Below, piece after piece: positions 16,463 through 26,112 of a DNA stretch of 44,086 bases (within the stretch, counting starts at the first letter, position 1; every line of letters starts with the position of its first letter). The stretch lies in NCBI GenBank assembly GCA_021132495.1, contig GCA_021132495.1_4335.1; one strand, given 5' to 3'. The position numbers and the translations under genes are program-made. The stretch comes from a phage. The notes beneath the pieces were generated by a model that worked only from the letters and a program-made list of their open reading frames with translations, did no database searches and was not told where the DNA came from.

Positions 16463-19030
16463 TTAATTAAAACCATTGCTGAATCCGTCGGAGAAACCGC
16501 TGCCGTATGGCGCGACGCCGTCGTATTTATAGAATCCGTCATCATAGTTGTAGCCCGTAATCTTGACCGTGCGGTCGTCGCCGGGGTCGATTGAAGAAAC
16601 AACTATCTTCTGAGCATTATGCCTTGCTTCGTTGCCGAATGAAAACTCAGTTTTTAGCGCACTATTCCCCGTGTAGATTGCCTCCTCCGGCGCGGAGAGC
16701 ATAATCACTTCGCGGTCGTGGCTTCCTTTGATAACAGAAATACTCTGCACAGAGCCGTCGCGCTTCTTAAGAATGATGGAATGGTCATCACCAGGAGTAA
16801 ACGTAACAGGCTGAGACAGCGTCAGCGTAAGGCCATTGACGGCAACAACATAACCATCCTGCGGCGCGATACGCGAGCCTTTAACCACACTGATTACGCC
16901 GCCGGGAGTAGCGAGAGCGCCTTCTTCGGTAGCTTCGAACTCTACGACAACTTTACTTAACGTGTTGCGCTGGTAGCGACGCCACGCCAGCCAGTACGCT
17001 TGCTGATAGTTACGTACACCCTTCGATTCGTACTCCTCGGTGCTCGCGCCGAGTTCTTCCGGGATATAAATCGTCTCCTGTACGTTTGTATCCGGGTCAA
17101 TGTACGAGAACGACAGGCTATCGTAGGTTGTCGAATCGTTGAACGTGCGCGTCCATTTCTCCGTACCGGTCGTTTTGCTGCGGTGGGTGAAAACCATCTC
17201 AGGCCCCGCAACAGGACGGTCGAATCGCAGCATAATATCAGCCCCTTTACGGTATGCCGTACAAAACACGGCTTCCGCGATGGTCTGAACGATGTCTTGC
17301 ATGGTTGTGTCGTAGTCGTCGAATGTGTAGCAGAACTGCCCGGCTAATTCACTGTCAAAATACGACTCAATTTCTTCCTGCACGGCAAGTAACTTGTCCA
17401 TATTTGCCGTTGTCAGTTCCAGATTGCCCACCACAGGGTCACGCGCCAGCCTGATTAGCGACTGCACGGCCTGAGTGTTCGGTGTCATTACCGTATCGAA
17501 CACGCCGTTACCTAAGTATTTGTAGCACATCTCGGTTGCAATCATGCGCAGTTCCGGTTCGGACACCTCGGCTGCACGTGGGGTTTGTTTACGGGCGCAG
17601 TGTACGGTAGTACGGTTGCCGTAGTGGGGGGTTGTGTCCAGCGACTGCCCATACAGATTAGTGAAAGTAACCTCGTCGCTAACAGTACCTTCAAAATCTT
17701 TATCGGTGTCCGAAACACGACGCATACGGGCGCGGAATCTGGAAGCAGTTGGTAAACTTCCGTAAAGAGTAATCCCTGTGTAATCCGTGTTCCGGCCTGT
17801 TACGGTTCCTCGTACGGTAAATATGTCACCTACAGGCTGTTTCAATTCATCTACCATCTGGTATTGCAGTTCGACTGTCACTGAAGCGCGGTTATAGTCG
17901 CCGTTGTATTTGTACATGCCGTTGCTGGCGGCCACATTGGCTACAACACGGTCGACGGTTCCGCGGGTGATGTACGCCCATCCAGAGAGGGAAGCCGCGT
18001 AAGTATCCGCCGGGCCTATAAGATGGTTGCCCTCTTCACCTATAAACCATACAGATGTTCCTAGCTGGTTCCATATTGATTGATTTGTACTGACGTCCAC
18101 AATAAGGGTCGTTTCACTAACAGAAAGAACCGTGTACCTCCCGTCCAGGTTAACCTCATTACCCAAAGACCCTGGGGTTGTATCTGCATATACGTTATCG
18201 AAGTATGCCAGGTCCCCGACCGCCAAAAACTCATCGAAACCAGCGTCATCGCCTACTACAACGCCGGTTGTTCCCTGCCGCTGGACAGTGTAGTCCTGCA
18301 CGTCTATAGCGATATCATTAGGGGCGGGAAGAACAGCGCCATCGACATCGGCGTTTTTAAATGTAACGTACAATTTCTGGTCTATAGGGTCGCCGATATG
18401 CAATTGTGGTGTGCTGGTGTTATTCGGCGAAGTGTAAGGAGAATACACCGTCACCGACGAGCCAGTTATCTCGCTGATTCGGGTATCTGCCTCAGTTACA
18501 CCGTCTTCCTCAATATGCAGATACCCTCGACCGGCGTCATAGTACGCATATTCAATAAGCGCCCCCGTGGCGTTAAACACCTTATACGTCTGCATCAGGT
18601 CATTGGGTATAGTCTGCACTGTCCCGCAGATGTCATAAGAACGTTCATAAGGACGTGGCTTGTTCGAGCGGTCAGTAAGACTGTTGTTAGGCGACGTAGC
18701 CTGATTGTTGGTAGCGGAATAATTAGCGTTAGCTGCTGTGTTTAGCCCGAACAATTTGGCAATTGGCTTAAGGATGAAACTGAATACACTACCGATAGCG
18801 TCGCCGATACCACCGCCTGCACCCTCGATAATGTGGTACACGGCGTCCTCGTCTTTGAGCGCATTGAAGTCGTCTGTTACATCTGTATCATCGCCAATCT
18901 CACCGAGATAGACGCGCACAGGCACGCCGTAGGGAATACGGTTAACGACAAACTCCATCGGCATCCCGACGTGTTTTGTACGGTCGAAAGCGCCTTCAGC
19001 GTTTCGCGTGTAGTGCAGGATTATCGCCAA
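16463..19030 (-). CDS. tail tip / host-specificity protein (lambda J-like position)
   Basis: 855 aa, between minor tail genes and the tailspike; assigned by size and position. Confidence 0.5.
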   Translation of the reverse strand: MAIILHYTRNAEGAFDRTKHVGMPMEFVVNRIPYGVPVRVYLGEIGDDTDVTDDFNALKDEDAVYHIIEGAGGGIGDAIGSVFSFILKPIAKLFGLNTAANANYSATNNQATSPNNSLTDRSNKPRPYERSYDICGTVQTIPNDLMQTYKVFNATGALIEYAYYDAGRGYLHIEEDGVTEADTRISEITGSSVTVYSPYTSPNNTSTPQLHIGDPIDQKLYVTFKNADVDGAVLPAPNDIAIDVQDYTVQRQGTTGVVVGDDAGFDEFLAVGDLAYFDNVYADTTPGSLGNEVNLDGRYTVLSVSETTLIVDVSTNQSIWNQLGTSVWFIGEEGNHLIGPADTYAASLSGWAYITRGTVDRVVANVAASNGMYKYNGDYNRASVTVELQYQMVDELKQPVGDIFTVRGTVTGRNTDYTGITLYGSLPTASRFRARMRRVSDTDKDFEGTVSDEVTFTNLYGQSLDTTPHYGNRTTVHCARKQTPRAAEVSEPELRMIATEMCYKYLGNGVFDTVMTPNTQAVQSLIRLARDPVVGNLELTTANMDKLLAVQEEIESYFDSELAGQFCYTFDDYDTTMQDIVQTIAEAVFCTAYRKGADIMLRFDRPVAGPEMVFTHRSKTTGTEKWTRTFNDSTTYDSLSFSYIDPDTNVQETIYIPEELGASTEEYESKGVRNYQQAYWLAWRRYQRNTLSKVVVEFEATEEGALATPGGVISVVKGSRIAPQDGYVVAVNGLTLTLSQPVTFTPGDDHSIILKKRDGSVQSISVIKGSHDREVIMLSAPEEAIYTGNSALKTEFSFGNEARHNAQKIVVSSIDPGDDRTVKITGYNYDDGFYKYDGVAPYGSGFSDGFSNGFN

Positions 19031-19386
19031 AATTCAATCTCCGTGTACGTGTCTCTGAGGTCCACCAGCCTGTCAAGCCGTACCTGACGGGATGCAAGCT
19101 CGCAATGACTCACCATCCCGTCGAAGTAAACTCCAGCGTGCCACACGATACGACCCCCGCGGCGATAACCCATAAGCACCGCGCAGAAGTTTTCAGGCTT
19201 ATCAATTTTTGTAAGCCCCTTCGTGTCACGGTGGCCTTCGTCAAACGCTTCGTTAATTGCCGTTGGGCTTGTAACGTCGAACGCAGGGGTTTCTAACCCG
19301 GCATCCGCGCGGACAATGCGCACGTGATGCCAGCAATTGCGCTTGCGAAAGTCGTAAGGTATGCCCGTGTAGTCATTAATATTCAT
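19021..19386 (-). CDS. minor tail assembly protein (lambda K-like position; possible Cys/His peptidase motif)
   Basis: 121 aa; gene order; CWHH and WHAGVY segments. Confidence 0.4.
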   Translation of the reverse strand: MNINDYTGIPYDFRKRNCWHHVRIVRADAGLETPAFDVTSPTAINEAFDEGHRDTKGLTKIDKPENFCAVLMGYRRGGRIVWHAGVYFDGMVSHCELASRQVRLDRLVDLRDTYTEIEFWR

Positions 19387-19913
19387 GTGGTCAACAGGCC
19401 GCGTAATAACGGTATCTCTTTAGGTGTCATAAGTATACCAGTGCTTCGTTGGTTCAGCATAGGTGTACCGACATCTGCAGAGAACTCGCCCTTCTCCTGG
19501 TTGATGGCCTGTAACTCGTACACGACCGGGCCGTCAGCCGGATAAGACAGGTCGGTGCTGACGTAACGGCGAAATACGAACTTCGGCAACTCCGCATTGC
19601 CCATTGGGATTTTATCCATCTCATCATCAAGTTGATTGAGAATATCCGGTAAAGTAAACGTCGTCGTCTGGTCCATATCGCTGTTGTTAGCTGCCCCCGA
19701 CGCCTCCATCGGGGTGGGTTCGAATGTGATAGTTTCGCCGGTTTCCAGTGTCGCCGTAAGTTCCTGTAGCCCACGAACAAGATAGTACGTCTTTGACAAC
19801 AACGGGTGGCTGATTTGCAATGTGATGTAATCCATCTCGCCGTCGGGATTTGAGGCCAGCTTACGGCGATAGGCGGCTTCTACAGATTCCTGGCTCATTG
19901 CATCGGTTCCCAA
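19383..19913 (-). CDS. minor tail protein (lambda L-like position)
   Basis: ORF track (TTG start; a downstream ATG near 19897 is possible); gene order. Confidence 0.4.
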   Translation of the reverse strand: MGTDAMSQESVEAAYRRKLASNPDGEMDYITLQISHPLLSKTYYLVRGLQELTATLETGETITFEPTPMEASGAANNSDMDQTTTFTLPDILNQLDDEMDKIPMGNAELPKFVFRRYVSTDLSYPADGPVVYELQAINQEKGEFSADVGTPMLNQRSTGILMTPKEIPLLRGLLTT

Positions 19914-20395
19914 ATTCGTGGAAACGTTGATTGTGCGGTTCCGTAGGCTTTAAGGAGACACCCCAGCCCGTCACCATAACAACCATACAAATCCGGCAGA
20001 TTGTTAACAAGGCACTGGTTCTCGAGGTCCTGGAACGGTGATTTCTCAGCGGTTGCCGTGAAAGTAATTGTCCAGTTAATCCCGTCTTCAGTGGACTCGG
20101 CGACGGTGGATGTAATGGTGACTTGATAATCCTCAATACCCATGCCGAAGTCGTGCGCCATCCAGAAACTTGACGCACCGCCGTCTACTTTTTCGAGGAA
20201 CGACAGAAACGCCTGCCGTCCCAGTGCCGATGTAACCAGAGTTACGCTTATCGGAAACACGTCGTAATACGTGTCGCGGCCCTGACGCACTCCGCCACCG
20301 GCTAAATCTACACTCCAGACGTTGTTGCGTCTGGTCATTGAGTAGCCTTTCGATACCACCGGCTTAAGGCTACGTGGGAAATATAAGTCGCTCAT
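19895..20395 (-). CDS. minor tail protein (lambda M-like position)
   Basis: Starts at the TMP stop (ATG/stop overlap); gene order. Confidence 0.4.
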   Translation of the reverse strand: MSDLYFPRSLKPVVSKGYSMTRRNNVWSVDLAGGGVRQGRDTYYDVFPISVTLVTSALGRQAFLSFLEKVDGGASSFWMAHDFGMGIEDYQVTITSTVAESTEDGINWTITFTATAEKSPFQDLENQCLVNNLPDLYGCYGDGLGCLLKAYGTAQSTFPRIWEPMQ

Positions 20396-22734
20396 TATTT
20401 AAACCCCGGCGCATTTCTTGTGGCCTTGCGGGCCTTGCTAATCTTACTGTTACTGTTCTGCAAAGAGGCAGCCACTTGCTCCTCGATGATGATACGCAAA
20501 CGGCCTTCATCATCTTGCTCAGTGGATACGTTGCCGATTTGAGAACTCGTGTTGTTTACGATAGTAACATTAGACGGTCCGGAAGAAGACCCGTTTTGCC
20601 CCATAATTTCTTTCATCTGCTGTGCGGTGCGTACACGTGACGCACCAGCGGGCATGATAACTTCTGGTTTACCGCGTTCGGCGATGGTTGAAGCCTGCCC
20701 CGCGGATAACTGTCCGCCCTGTTCACGTGCGGACCTGATAGCGGAAATCTGCGCCATACCCGCCCCAACGGCAGCAGCGGCAGCTACAGGAGCCAGGAAC
20801 GGGCCAACTACAGGGATAGCCGCTGTTGACTTATACGCCTCAATAGCCGCGGTGTACGTGGCTATAGTGGCCTGCACGATAGCGAATGCCTTGTACGCGC
20901 CAGAAGCCTCGCCCAAAGCCGAACCGATGTTTGAGGCCATGTTACCGAAGGCCGTTGCCGTTGCGTCGGCACGCTTCGTGGCGTACTGCTCGTTGATGGC
21001 ATTAAGCGCAGCCTGATACTGCTTCTCACTAATCAAACCCTGCTCGCGGTACTTATCTGCTACCGACAGTTTCTGCTGTTCCTGAATGTTGAGAAGCTCA
21101 AGCTCAGCGGCGTTCTGACCCATAATCTGAGCCATGAAGTCTTCACCTTTCTGGTTCTTTTCCTGCCGTTCTTTCTCTCGTTTAGCGAGTTCCTCCTGGC
21201 GAGCAGTGTCCGCTTCCAGCATAATCTGCGTCTTGGCGTTTTCGTACTGCTGGTCGCTAAGAAGCTGATTGCCGTAAAACTCCTGTAGCTTGGTTAACTG
21301 CTGTTCCTGGTTGGCTTCTATTTTCTGGAATACGTCATCATTGAGATGAATTGACTGATAGTAGAAATCCTCCGCGGCTTTCTTCTGGCGCTCGAACGCA
21401 TCCGCTGCTTTCTTAGCGGCTTTTGCACCCGCGCTATCATCTTCAGATCCGCCGCCGGTACCAGTTACCTTAAATTTACTAAGCCCTTCTTCCTTAGCGG
21501 CTTCTTTGTCGATGTCATACGCTGCGCGTTTAAGCGCGACGATATTTTGCTGAGCCTCCACCTGTTCGCGGAAACTTTTACGTGTCAGGTCCGCAACGTC
21601 GCGCTGAGTATCCAGTGCCATCCCCAGCTGGAAGTTAATATTTTTTGCTACGTCTACGGATTCCCCTGGTGTGAAGGCGGCCTTAACCAGCCGACCGGCA
21701 TCCTGCGCCCCTTTAACCATATCCTCAAAGAAGCGCTCCATCGCGGTAAATTCTTCCGCGATGAAATCGAGCGCATCGGCGGCTGATTCCGCTATGGTTG
21801 TCGCCGTTTGTTCGCCGCTATCCGTGATACTTTTGCTACTAAAATCCCAAAGCTCATTTAGCCCGTTTATCGCATCACCCACGAAACCAAATGCCGCGTC
21901 GAATGACATCTCTATTGCGCTTCCTACTTCCGACGCGATGTCACCCCACATACGCATCTCTGCGGCAAGTTCACCGGATGCAACCTGTGCGTTAAGTTCC
22001 TGGATTAAATCATCGATGTATCGGATAGGTTCGGCGAGCGCACCAACATCAAGACTGGTAGCCAGTGTCATTTTTAACTGCGACCATGAGTCGCTGGCAC
22101 TGGCGATGGCCCCGTTAAGTGTGTTGGCCTGGTCCGCCATAGCCCCCGCGAAGTTTACGTTACCGATGTTGAGCAGGTATTGCTCGATGTCGGCAGCGCT
22201 CTTCTTAACTACCGTAGTAGTACCCTGGAATGTAAATTCAACATCGTTTTTGTTCTGTTTGGCCTTGATACCAAATTCTTTAAGGCGCTCAAATTCAAAA
22301 GTACTAGCGTCTGCAACCGCCTCAATCATCTGATTCAGGTCTTTACCCATAGCAGCGGCGGTGTTTCCGTAGGAACGCAACGCTTCTTCTGACGGTGTAA
22401 GACCAAGCGCCACAAGTTTACGGAATCCCTCTACCGCCTGTTCAAGGCCATACGGAGTGTCGCGCGCGAAGTCTTGCAGGATGCTTAACGCCTGTCTTGC
22501 ACCCTGCGTGCTTCCGGTTAGTGTTTTCAGGCTGGCGGACATCTTGTCCAGTTGCCGTTGGGATTCTACCAGTTCCTGTGCGGCCTTGTAAGCGGTAGCG
22601 GCGACGATGGAAGCGAGGCCCGCTACCGCAGCTCCGGCTACCTTTGCAGACTTGGAAAGGTTATCAAGACGGTCTGATGTAGCTTTCGCGCCTTGCTCTG
22701 ATACTTTTACAACTAAACTAGCTACATCAGCCAT
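20395..22734 (-). CDS. tail tape measure protein
   Basis: 779 aa, Ala/Gln/Glu-rich and largely helical, directly downstream of the chaperone pair. Confidence 0.75.
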   Translation of the reverse strand: MADVASLVVKVSEQGAKATSDRLDNLSKSAKVAGAAVAGLASIVAATAYKAAQELVESQRQLDKMSASLKTLTGSTQGARQALSILQDFARDTPYGLEQAVEGFRKLVALGLTPSEEALRSYGNTAAAMGKDLNQMIEAVADASTFEFERLKEFGIKAKQNKNDVEFTFQGTTTVVKKSAADIEQYLLNIGNVNFAGAMADQANTLNGAIASASDSWSQLKMTLATSLDVGALAEPIRYIDDLIQELNAQVASGELAAEMRMWGDIASEVGSAIEMSFDAAFGFVGDAINGLNELWDFSSKSITDSGEQTATTIAESAADALDFIAEEFTAMERFFEDMVKGAQDAGRLVKAAFTPGESVDVAKNINFQLGMALDTQRDVADLTRKSFREQVEAQQNIVALKRAAYDIDKEAAKEEGLSKFKVTGTGGGSEDDSAGAKAAKKAADAFERQKKAAEDFYYQSIHLNDDVFQKIEANQEQQLTKLQEFYGNQLLSDQQYENAKTQIMLEADTARQEELAKREKERQEKNQKGEDFMAQIMGQNAAELELLNIQEQQKLSVADKYREQGLISEKQYQAALNAINEQYATKRADATATAFGNMASNIGSALGEASGAYKAFAIVQATIATYTAAIEAYKSTAAIPVVGPFLAPVAAAAAVGAGMAQISAIRSAREQGGQLSAGQASTIAERGKPEVIMPAGASRVRTAQQMKEIMGQNGSSSGPSNVTIVNNTSSQIGNVSTEQDDEGRLRIIIEEQVAASLQNSNSKISKARKATRNAPGFK

Positions 22735-23086
22735 CGTTTCTACCCTCGAAAATAGCGTCTAAGCTCATGATGATGTCAGATTCAAACATGCCTATATTCT
22801 GGCCTGAAACGGTGCTGTATGCCACTAAATCCGACCATCTTAACTGTTCGCGCGGGTACATCTTGATGCCATCGTCATCCACTCGGCGGGTAAATTTGAT
22901 TTCCCGGTACTTCTCGAAGGTGGTTAATAGTTCAGGGGGGCATTCCGGCCCGGTGTCCTGCGTTGCTTCCGGCGCATCTTGCATAACCCCCATAGCAATT
23001 AGCGCGGCTTTATGCCCGTCGGCAATACTGTCAAACTCCCGCCGTTTGTGGCGGGCTATGAAGTTCCAACGGGCAAACTGGAGCAA
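22727..23086 (-). CDS. tail assembly chaperone, frameshift-extension ORF (GT-like)
   Basis: No ATG or RBS (track start is TTG); in -1 frame relative to the upstream chaperone; GGAAAAG at the junction. Confidence 0.45.
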   Translation of the reverse strand: MLQFARWNFIARHKRREFDSIADGHKAALIAMGVMQDAPEATQDTGPECPPELLTTFEKYREIKFTRRVDDDGIKMYPREQLRWSDLVAYSTVSGQNIGMFESDIIMSLDAIFEGRNDG

Positions 23087-23091
23087 CGCGT

Positions 23092-23508
23092 CTACTTTTC
23101 CTGCAATTGGTGAAGCTGTTCGTTGTGGAAAACAACAACGTGTTCAGCGAGGCGTTTATATTGTGAAAAAAGAGTATTCAGGTTCTCTTTATTAAATTCA
23201 TCGTCGAGACTCCAACCGTTAACCAGTTCAAGTGCTAACTGGCGGTTAAGGTCCGTCGCGGCGTCTTCCATCTTAATGTTATATTCCGAGAAATCTTTCA
23301 GTTCCTCGCATTTATCACGAAGCGGCTTCAGTTTACCTAACGACGCGCGGTACGCCAGGGTAAATGCACGCATGGCTTTAACCGCAACGTCTGCCTCCGG
23401 TGAAACAACGTTCAGCCACTCCCCTGAATCGGTGCCGTCTTTCAGTGGGATCGGCATACGGGCGCCTTTTTCTGCCTCAGCTTCGTAATAAAAATCAGAA
23501 AGTTTCAT
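23092..23508 (-). CDS. tail assembly chaperone (G-like)
   Basis: 138 aa acidic protein immediately upstream of the TMP. Confidence 0.5.
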   Translation of the reverse strand: MKLSDFYYEAEAEKGARMPIPLKDGTDSGEWLNVVSPEADVAVKAMRAFTLAYRASLGKLKPLRDKCEELKDFSEYNIKMEDAATDLNRQLALELVNGWSLDDEFNKENLNTLFSQYKRLAEHVVVFHNEQLHQLQEK

Positions 23509-23615
23509 TCTTTAATCCTTTGGTTAAGAGGTTACGGGTTAAGGTTAATGCGCCAGACGGGAACCACCCGCTTTTCGTGTGCGACACTAGGCGCAAAATT
23601 ATTCTATCACATTAC

Positions 23616-23644
23616 TTGCACACCCCAATATAATAGTGTACTAT
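23616..23644 (+). promoter_or_regulatory. sigma70-like promoter TTGCAC-N17-TACTAT with palindrome AATAG-tgta-CTATT
   Basis: Near-identical to motifs at 660-688 (minus) and 33233-33261; about 40 nt upstream of the cassette. Confidence 0.5.
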
Positions 23645-23685
23645 TCACTTACACCAACGATGTTATCCCAAACAGGAGCTACACC

Positions 23686-23877
23686 ATGACGGGTATTACT
23701 ATGTTCTTCTTAATCATTATCGTTTTAGTTTATTTTATTCCATTTCTCGTGGCGCATATGCGCGACCATAAAGCGAAATTAGCGATATTCATGGCTAATC
23801 TGTTTCTTGGATGGGTTCTGCTGCCGTGGGTATTTATTTTAATCTGGGCTTGCAACTCGAATGTCAAAGAGAAGTGA
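23686..23877 (+). CDS. superinfection-immunity-like small membrane protein
   Basis: Two TM segments; motif ANLFLGWVLLPWVFILIWA recalls the Imm_superinfect signature; RBS caggag before ATG 23686. Confidence 0.65.
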   Translation: MTGITMFFLIIIVLVYFIPFLVAHMRDHKAKLAIFMANLFLGWVLLPWVFILIWACNSNVKEK

Positions 23878-23914
23878 GCTAGTATAGGACAAATCCTAAG
23901 CACGAGGAATAAAC

Positions 23915-25045
23915 ATGGCCCGGAAGAAAATAACCGACGAACAGTTGCAGGAAGAATTGAACGCCGGTATGAAGAATGTAGATATCGCCCGTAAATACGG
24001 CATCTCAGACCGCGTAATTCGTATCCGTAAAGCGAAGCTGGCTAAGAAAGGCGTGGGCCACGGGCGCGACGTTAGCCACCTTGTGCCAGACGGCTACAAG
24101 ATTAAAGGAACGTCGTCACTTGTGGACGAGTTCGGCAACACTAAGTTGCAATGGATTAAGACTGATACCGACGCCGAACGTCAGGTTGAATTGATGAAAG
24201 CCGTAATAGAGGGCATGAAGTCAGAGATTACGCCCGTTGCGCCTGTTAAAGCGGCGCGCGCCAAACGTGACGACAAGCTACTCAATCTTTACACTGTATC
24301 TGATTTCCATCTCGGTATGCTGGCATGGGCCGATGAGAGCGGCGACGACTGGGACATGAAGATTGCAGAAGACCTGTTCTCTCGGTGGTTCGACGCGGCG
24401 TTTCAGAAAGCACCGGATGCAGGAACAGGAGTTATTAACCTGCTTGGGGACTTCGCACACTTCGATAGTCTTGATGCCGTTACCCCCGAGTCGCGCCATG
24501 TATTAAATGCGGATACTCGCTATCAGAAACTGGTACGTTACATGATTCGTATGGTCCGCCGTGTTGTTGATATGGCGCTGGTTAAGCATCACACAGTAAA
24601 ACTTTTAATCGTTCAAGGTAACCACGACCCTGTTGGCTCCGTATGGCTTGCCGAAATGTTCACGGTTTTATACTCAAACGACAGCCGAGTGATTGTTGAT
24701 ACGTCGCCGGATGTTTACAAGATGGTGCAACACGGCAAAACGACGCTGTTCTTCCATCACGGGCATAAAGCACGATTCGACGCTATCGAACCGGTTATGA
24801 TTGCCAAGTTCCGTAAAGCGTTCGGCGAGAGTGTTTACAGCTACGCCCACGTAGGCCATCTGCACCACCAGAAGATTGTAGAAAGCCGTAACATGATTGT
24901 TGAGCAACACCGCACCTTAGCGGCTAAAGACGCCTACGCCTCTCGCGGCGGATGGATGTCGGGCCGCAGTGCAAATGTAATTACTTATAGCGCCGAATAT
25001 GGCGAGGTCGCACGTTTAACTATTTCACCGGAGATGCTGGGATGA
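23915..25045 (+). CDS. calcineurin-like metallophosphoesterase with N-terminal HTH domain
   Basis: Motifs DFHLG, GDFAHFD, GNHD, HHGH, GHLHH in canonical order; N-terminal VDIARKYGISDRVIRIRKAKL. Confidence 0.7.
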   Translation: MARKKITDEQLQEELNAGMKNVDIARKYGISDRVIRIRKAKLAKKGVGHGRDVSHLVPDGYKIKGTSSLVDEFGNTKLQWIKTDTDAERQVELMKAVIEGMKSEITPVAPVKAARAKRDDKLLNLYTVSDFHLGMLAWADESGDDWDMKIAEDLFSRWFDAAFQKAPDAGTGVINLLGDFAHFDSLDAVTPESRHVLNADTRYQKLVRYMIRMVRRVVDMALVKHHTVKLLIVQGNHDPVGSVWLAEMFTVLYSNDSRVIVDTSPDVYKMVQHGKTTLFFHHGHKARFDAIEPVMIAKFRKAFGESVYSYAHVGHLHHQKIVESRNMIVEQHRTLAAKDAYASRGGWMSGRSANVITYSAEYGEVARLTISPEMLG

Positions 25046-25530
25046 AAGATATTGTAATTTTCGATTTAGACGGGACATTGGCCGACGGTACCCATCGCTT
25101 ACACCTGTTACCAAAAGATAACTACGGAGAAACGTGGGCGTGGAAGCCATTTAACATGGCCTGCAAAGATGACACTCCGATATACGACAATATCCATTTG
25201 TGTAGCGTACTGTGGCATTCCGGACTTACTATAATTATCCTTACCGGGCGAAGTGATGACGCTGAGGAGGAGACTCGCGAATGGTTACGAGAGAATAACG
25301 TTAGGTTTGACACGCTAATCATGCGCAGCAAACACGACAACAGAAAAGACATCGTAATTAAAGAAGAGGTGTTGCGTGCTTTCGGACTGGAAAGAATCTT
25401 GTGTGCGTTCGACGACTCTCCAGCGGTAATAAAGCATTTCCGTGACCTCGGCATAACCGCACACGCAGTTACCGAATACGACTGTAACGGGAACTCTACA
25501 CACTTAAAACCACACGGGAGCGATAAATAA
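25042..25530 (+). CDS. HAD-superfamily phosphatase resembling the T4 Pnk 3'-phosphatase domain
   Basis: Motif I FDLDGTL, motif II ILTGRS, RKDIVIKEEV and AFDDSP; recalled similarity to the T4 polynucleotide kinase phosphatase half. Confidence 0.7.
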   Translation: MKDIVIFDLDGTLADGTHRLHLLPKDNYGETWAWKPFNMACKDDTPIYDNIHLCSVLWHSGLTIIILTGRSDDAEEETREWLRENNVRFDTLIMRSKHDNRKDIVIKEEVLRAFGLERILCAFDDSPAVIKHFRDLGITAHAVTEYDCNGNSTHLKPHGSDK

Positions 25531-26084
25531 TGGCTAAGGTAATTATTCTTAATGGCCCTGCGGGTTGCGGGAAAGACACGCTTGCTATGGCGCTGGTAGA
25601 AATGGGCTTTGCGAAAGGAACTACCAGTTTCAAGAATCCAATGTTCAATATTGCTTTGGCAGCGTTAGGCCAGGATGCTTACCACGAATTTCTCGACGGC
25701 TACGACGACCGGGCGCGGAAAGAAAAACCCGAGGGTTTTCTTAATGGGTTGTCCCGCCGCCGGTTAATGATTGCCATTTCTGAGCAATTCATTAAACCGG
25801 TATTCGGCGATGATTATTTCGGTAAGTATCTTGCTGAAAACTTGCCTGACGGCGACGAAGTTTTTGTAGTGTCCGATGGTGGATTCGCCAGTGAAGTTGC
25901 CCCTATCGTCGCCGCGGGGCATGACGTGCGAATCGTCCGCCTCCATCGTGACGGCTATACGTTCATCGGCGATAGCCGTGGCTATCTGTACGATGTTAGT
26001 GGTGTAAAAGATTACGACACCTACATCATACCGGGTGACGTTAAATCGAACGTTATAGACATTGCTTTAAAATTAGGTTTGTAA
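25530..26084 (+). CDS. P-loop nucleotide/polynucleotide kinase (T4 dNMP-kinase-like GKDT Walker A)
   Basis: N-terminal ILNGPAGCGKDT; 184 aa; coupled to the HAD gene (TAATG overlap). Confidence 0.6.
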   Translation: MAKVIILNGPAGCGKDTLAMALVEMGFAKGTTSFKNPMFNIALAALGQDAYHEFLDGYDDRARKEKPEGFLNGLSRRRLMIAISEQFIKPVFGDDYFGKYLAENLPDGDEVFVVSDGGFASEVAPIVAAGHDVRIVRLHRDGYTFIGDSRGYLYDVSGVKDYDTYIIPGDVKSNVIDIALKLGL

Positions 26085-26086
26085 GA

Positions 26087-26109
26087 AAAAGGCCCCGAAA
26101 GGGGCCTTA
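26087..26109. terminator. bidirectional terminator (aaggcccc-gaaa-ggggcctt)
   Basis: Perfect hairpin between the cassette end and the convergent tail gene. Confidence 0.6.
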
Positions 26110-26112
26110 GTT

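Noticed and set aside
14838-22392. Plus-strand ORFs antisense to tail genes (e.g. 18080..18745, 20549..21016, 21671..22333)
   Set aside because: Antisense to long structural genes with strong coupled organisation; low-complexity Ala/Ser/Arg-rich translations typical of shadow ORFs.
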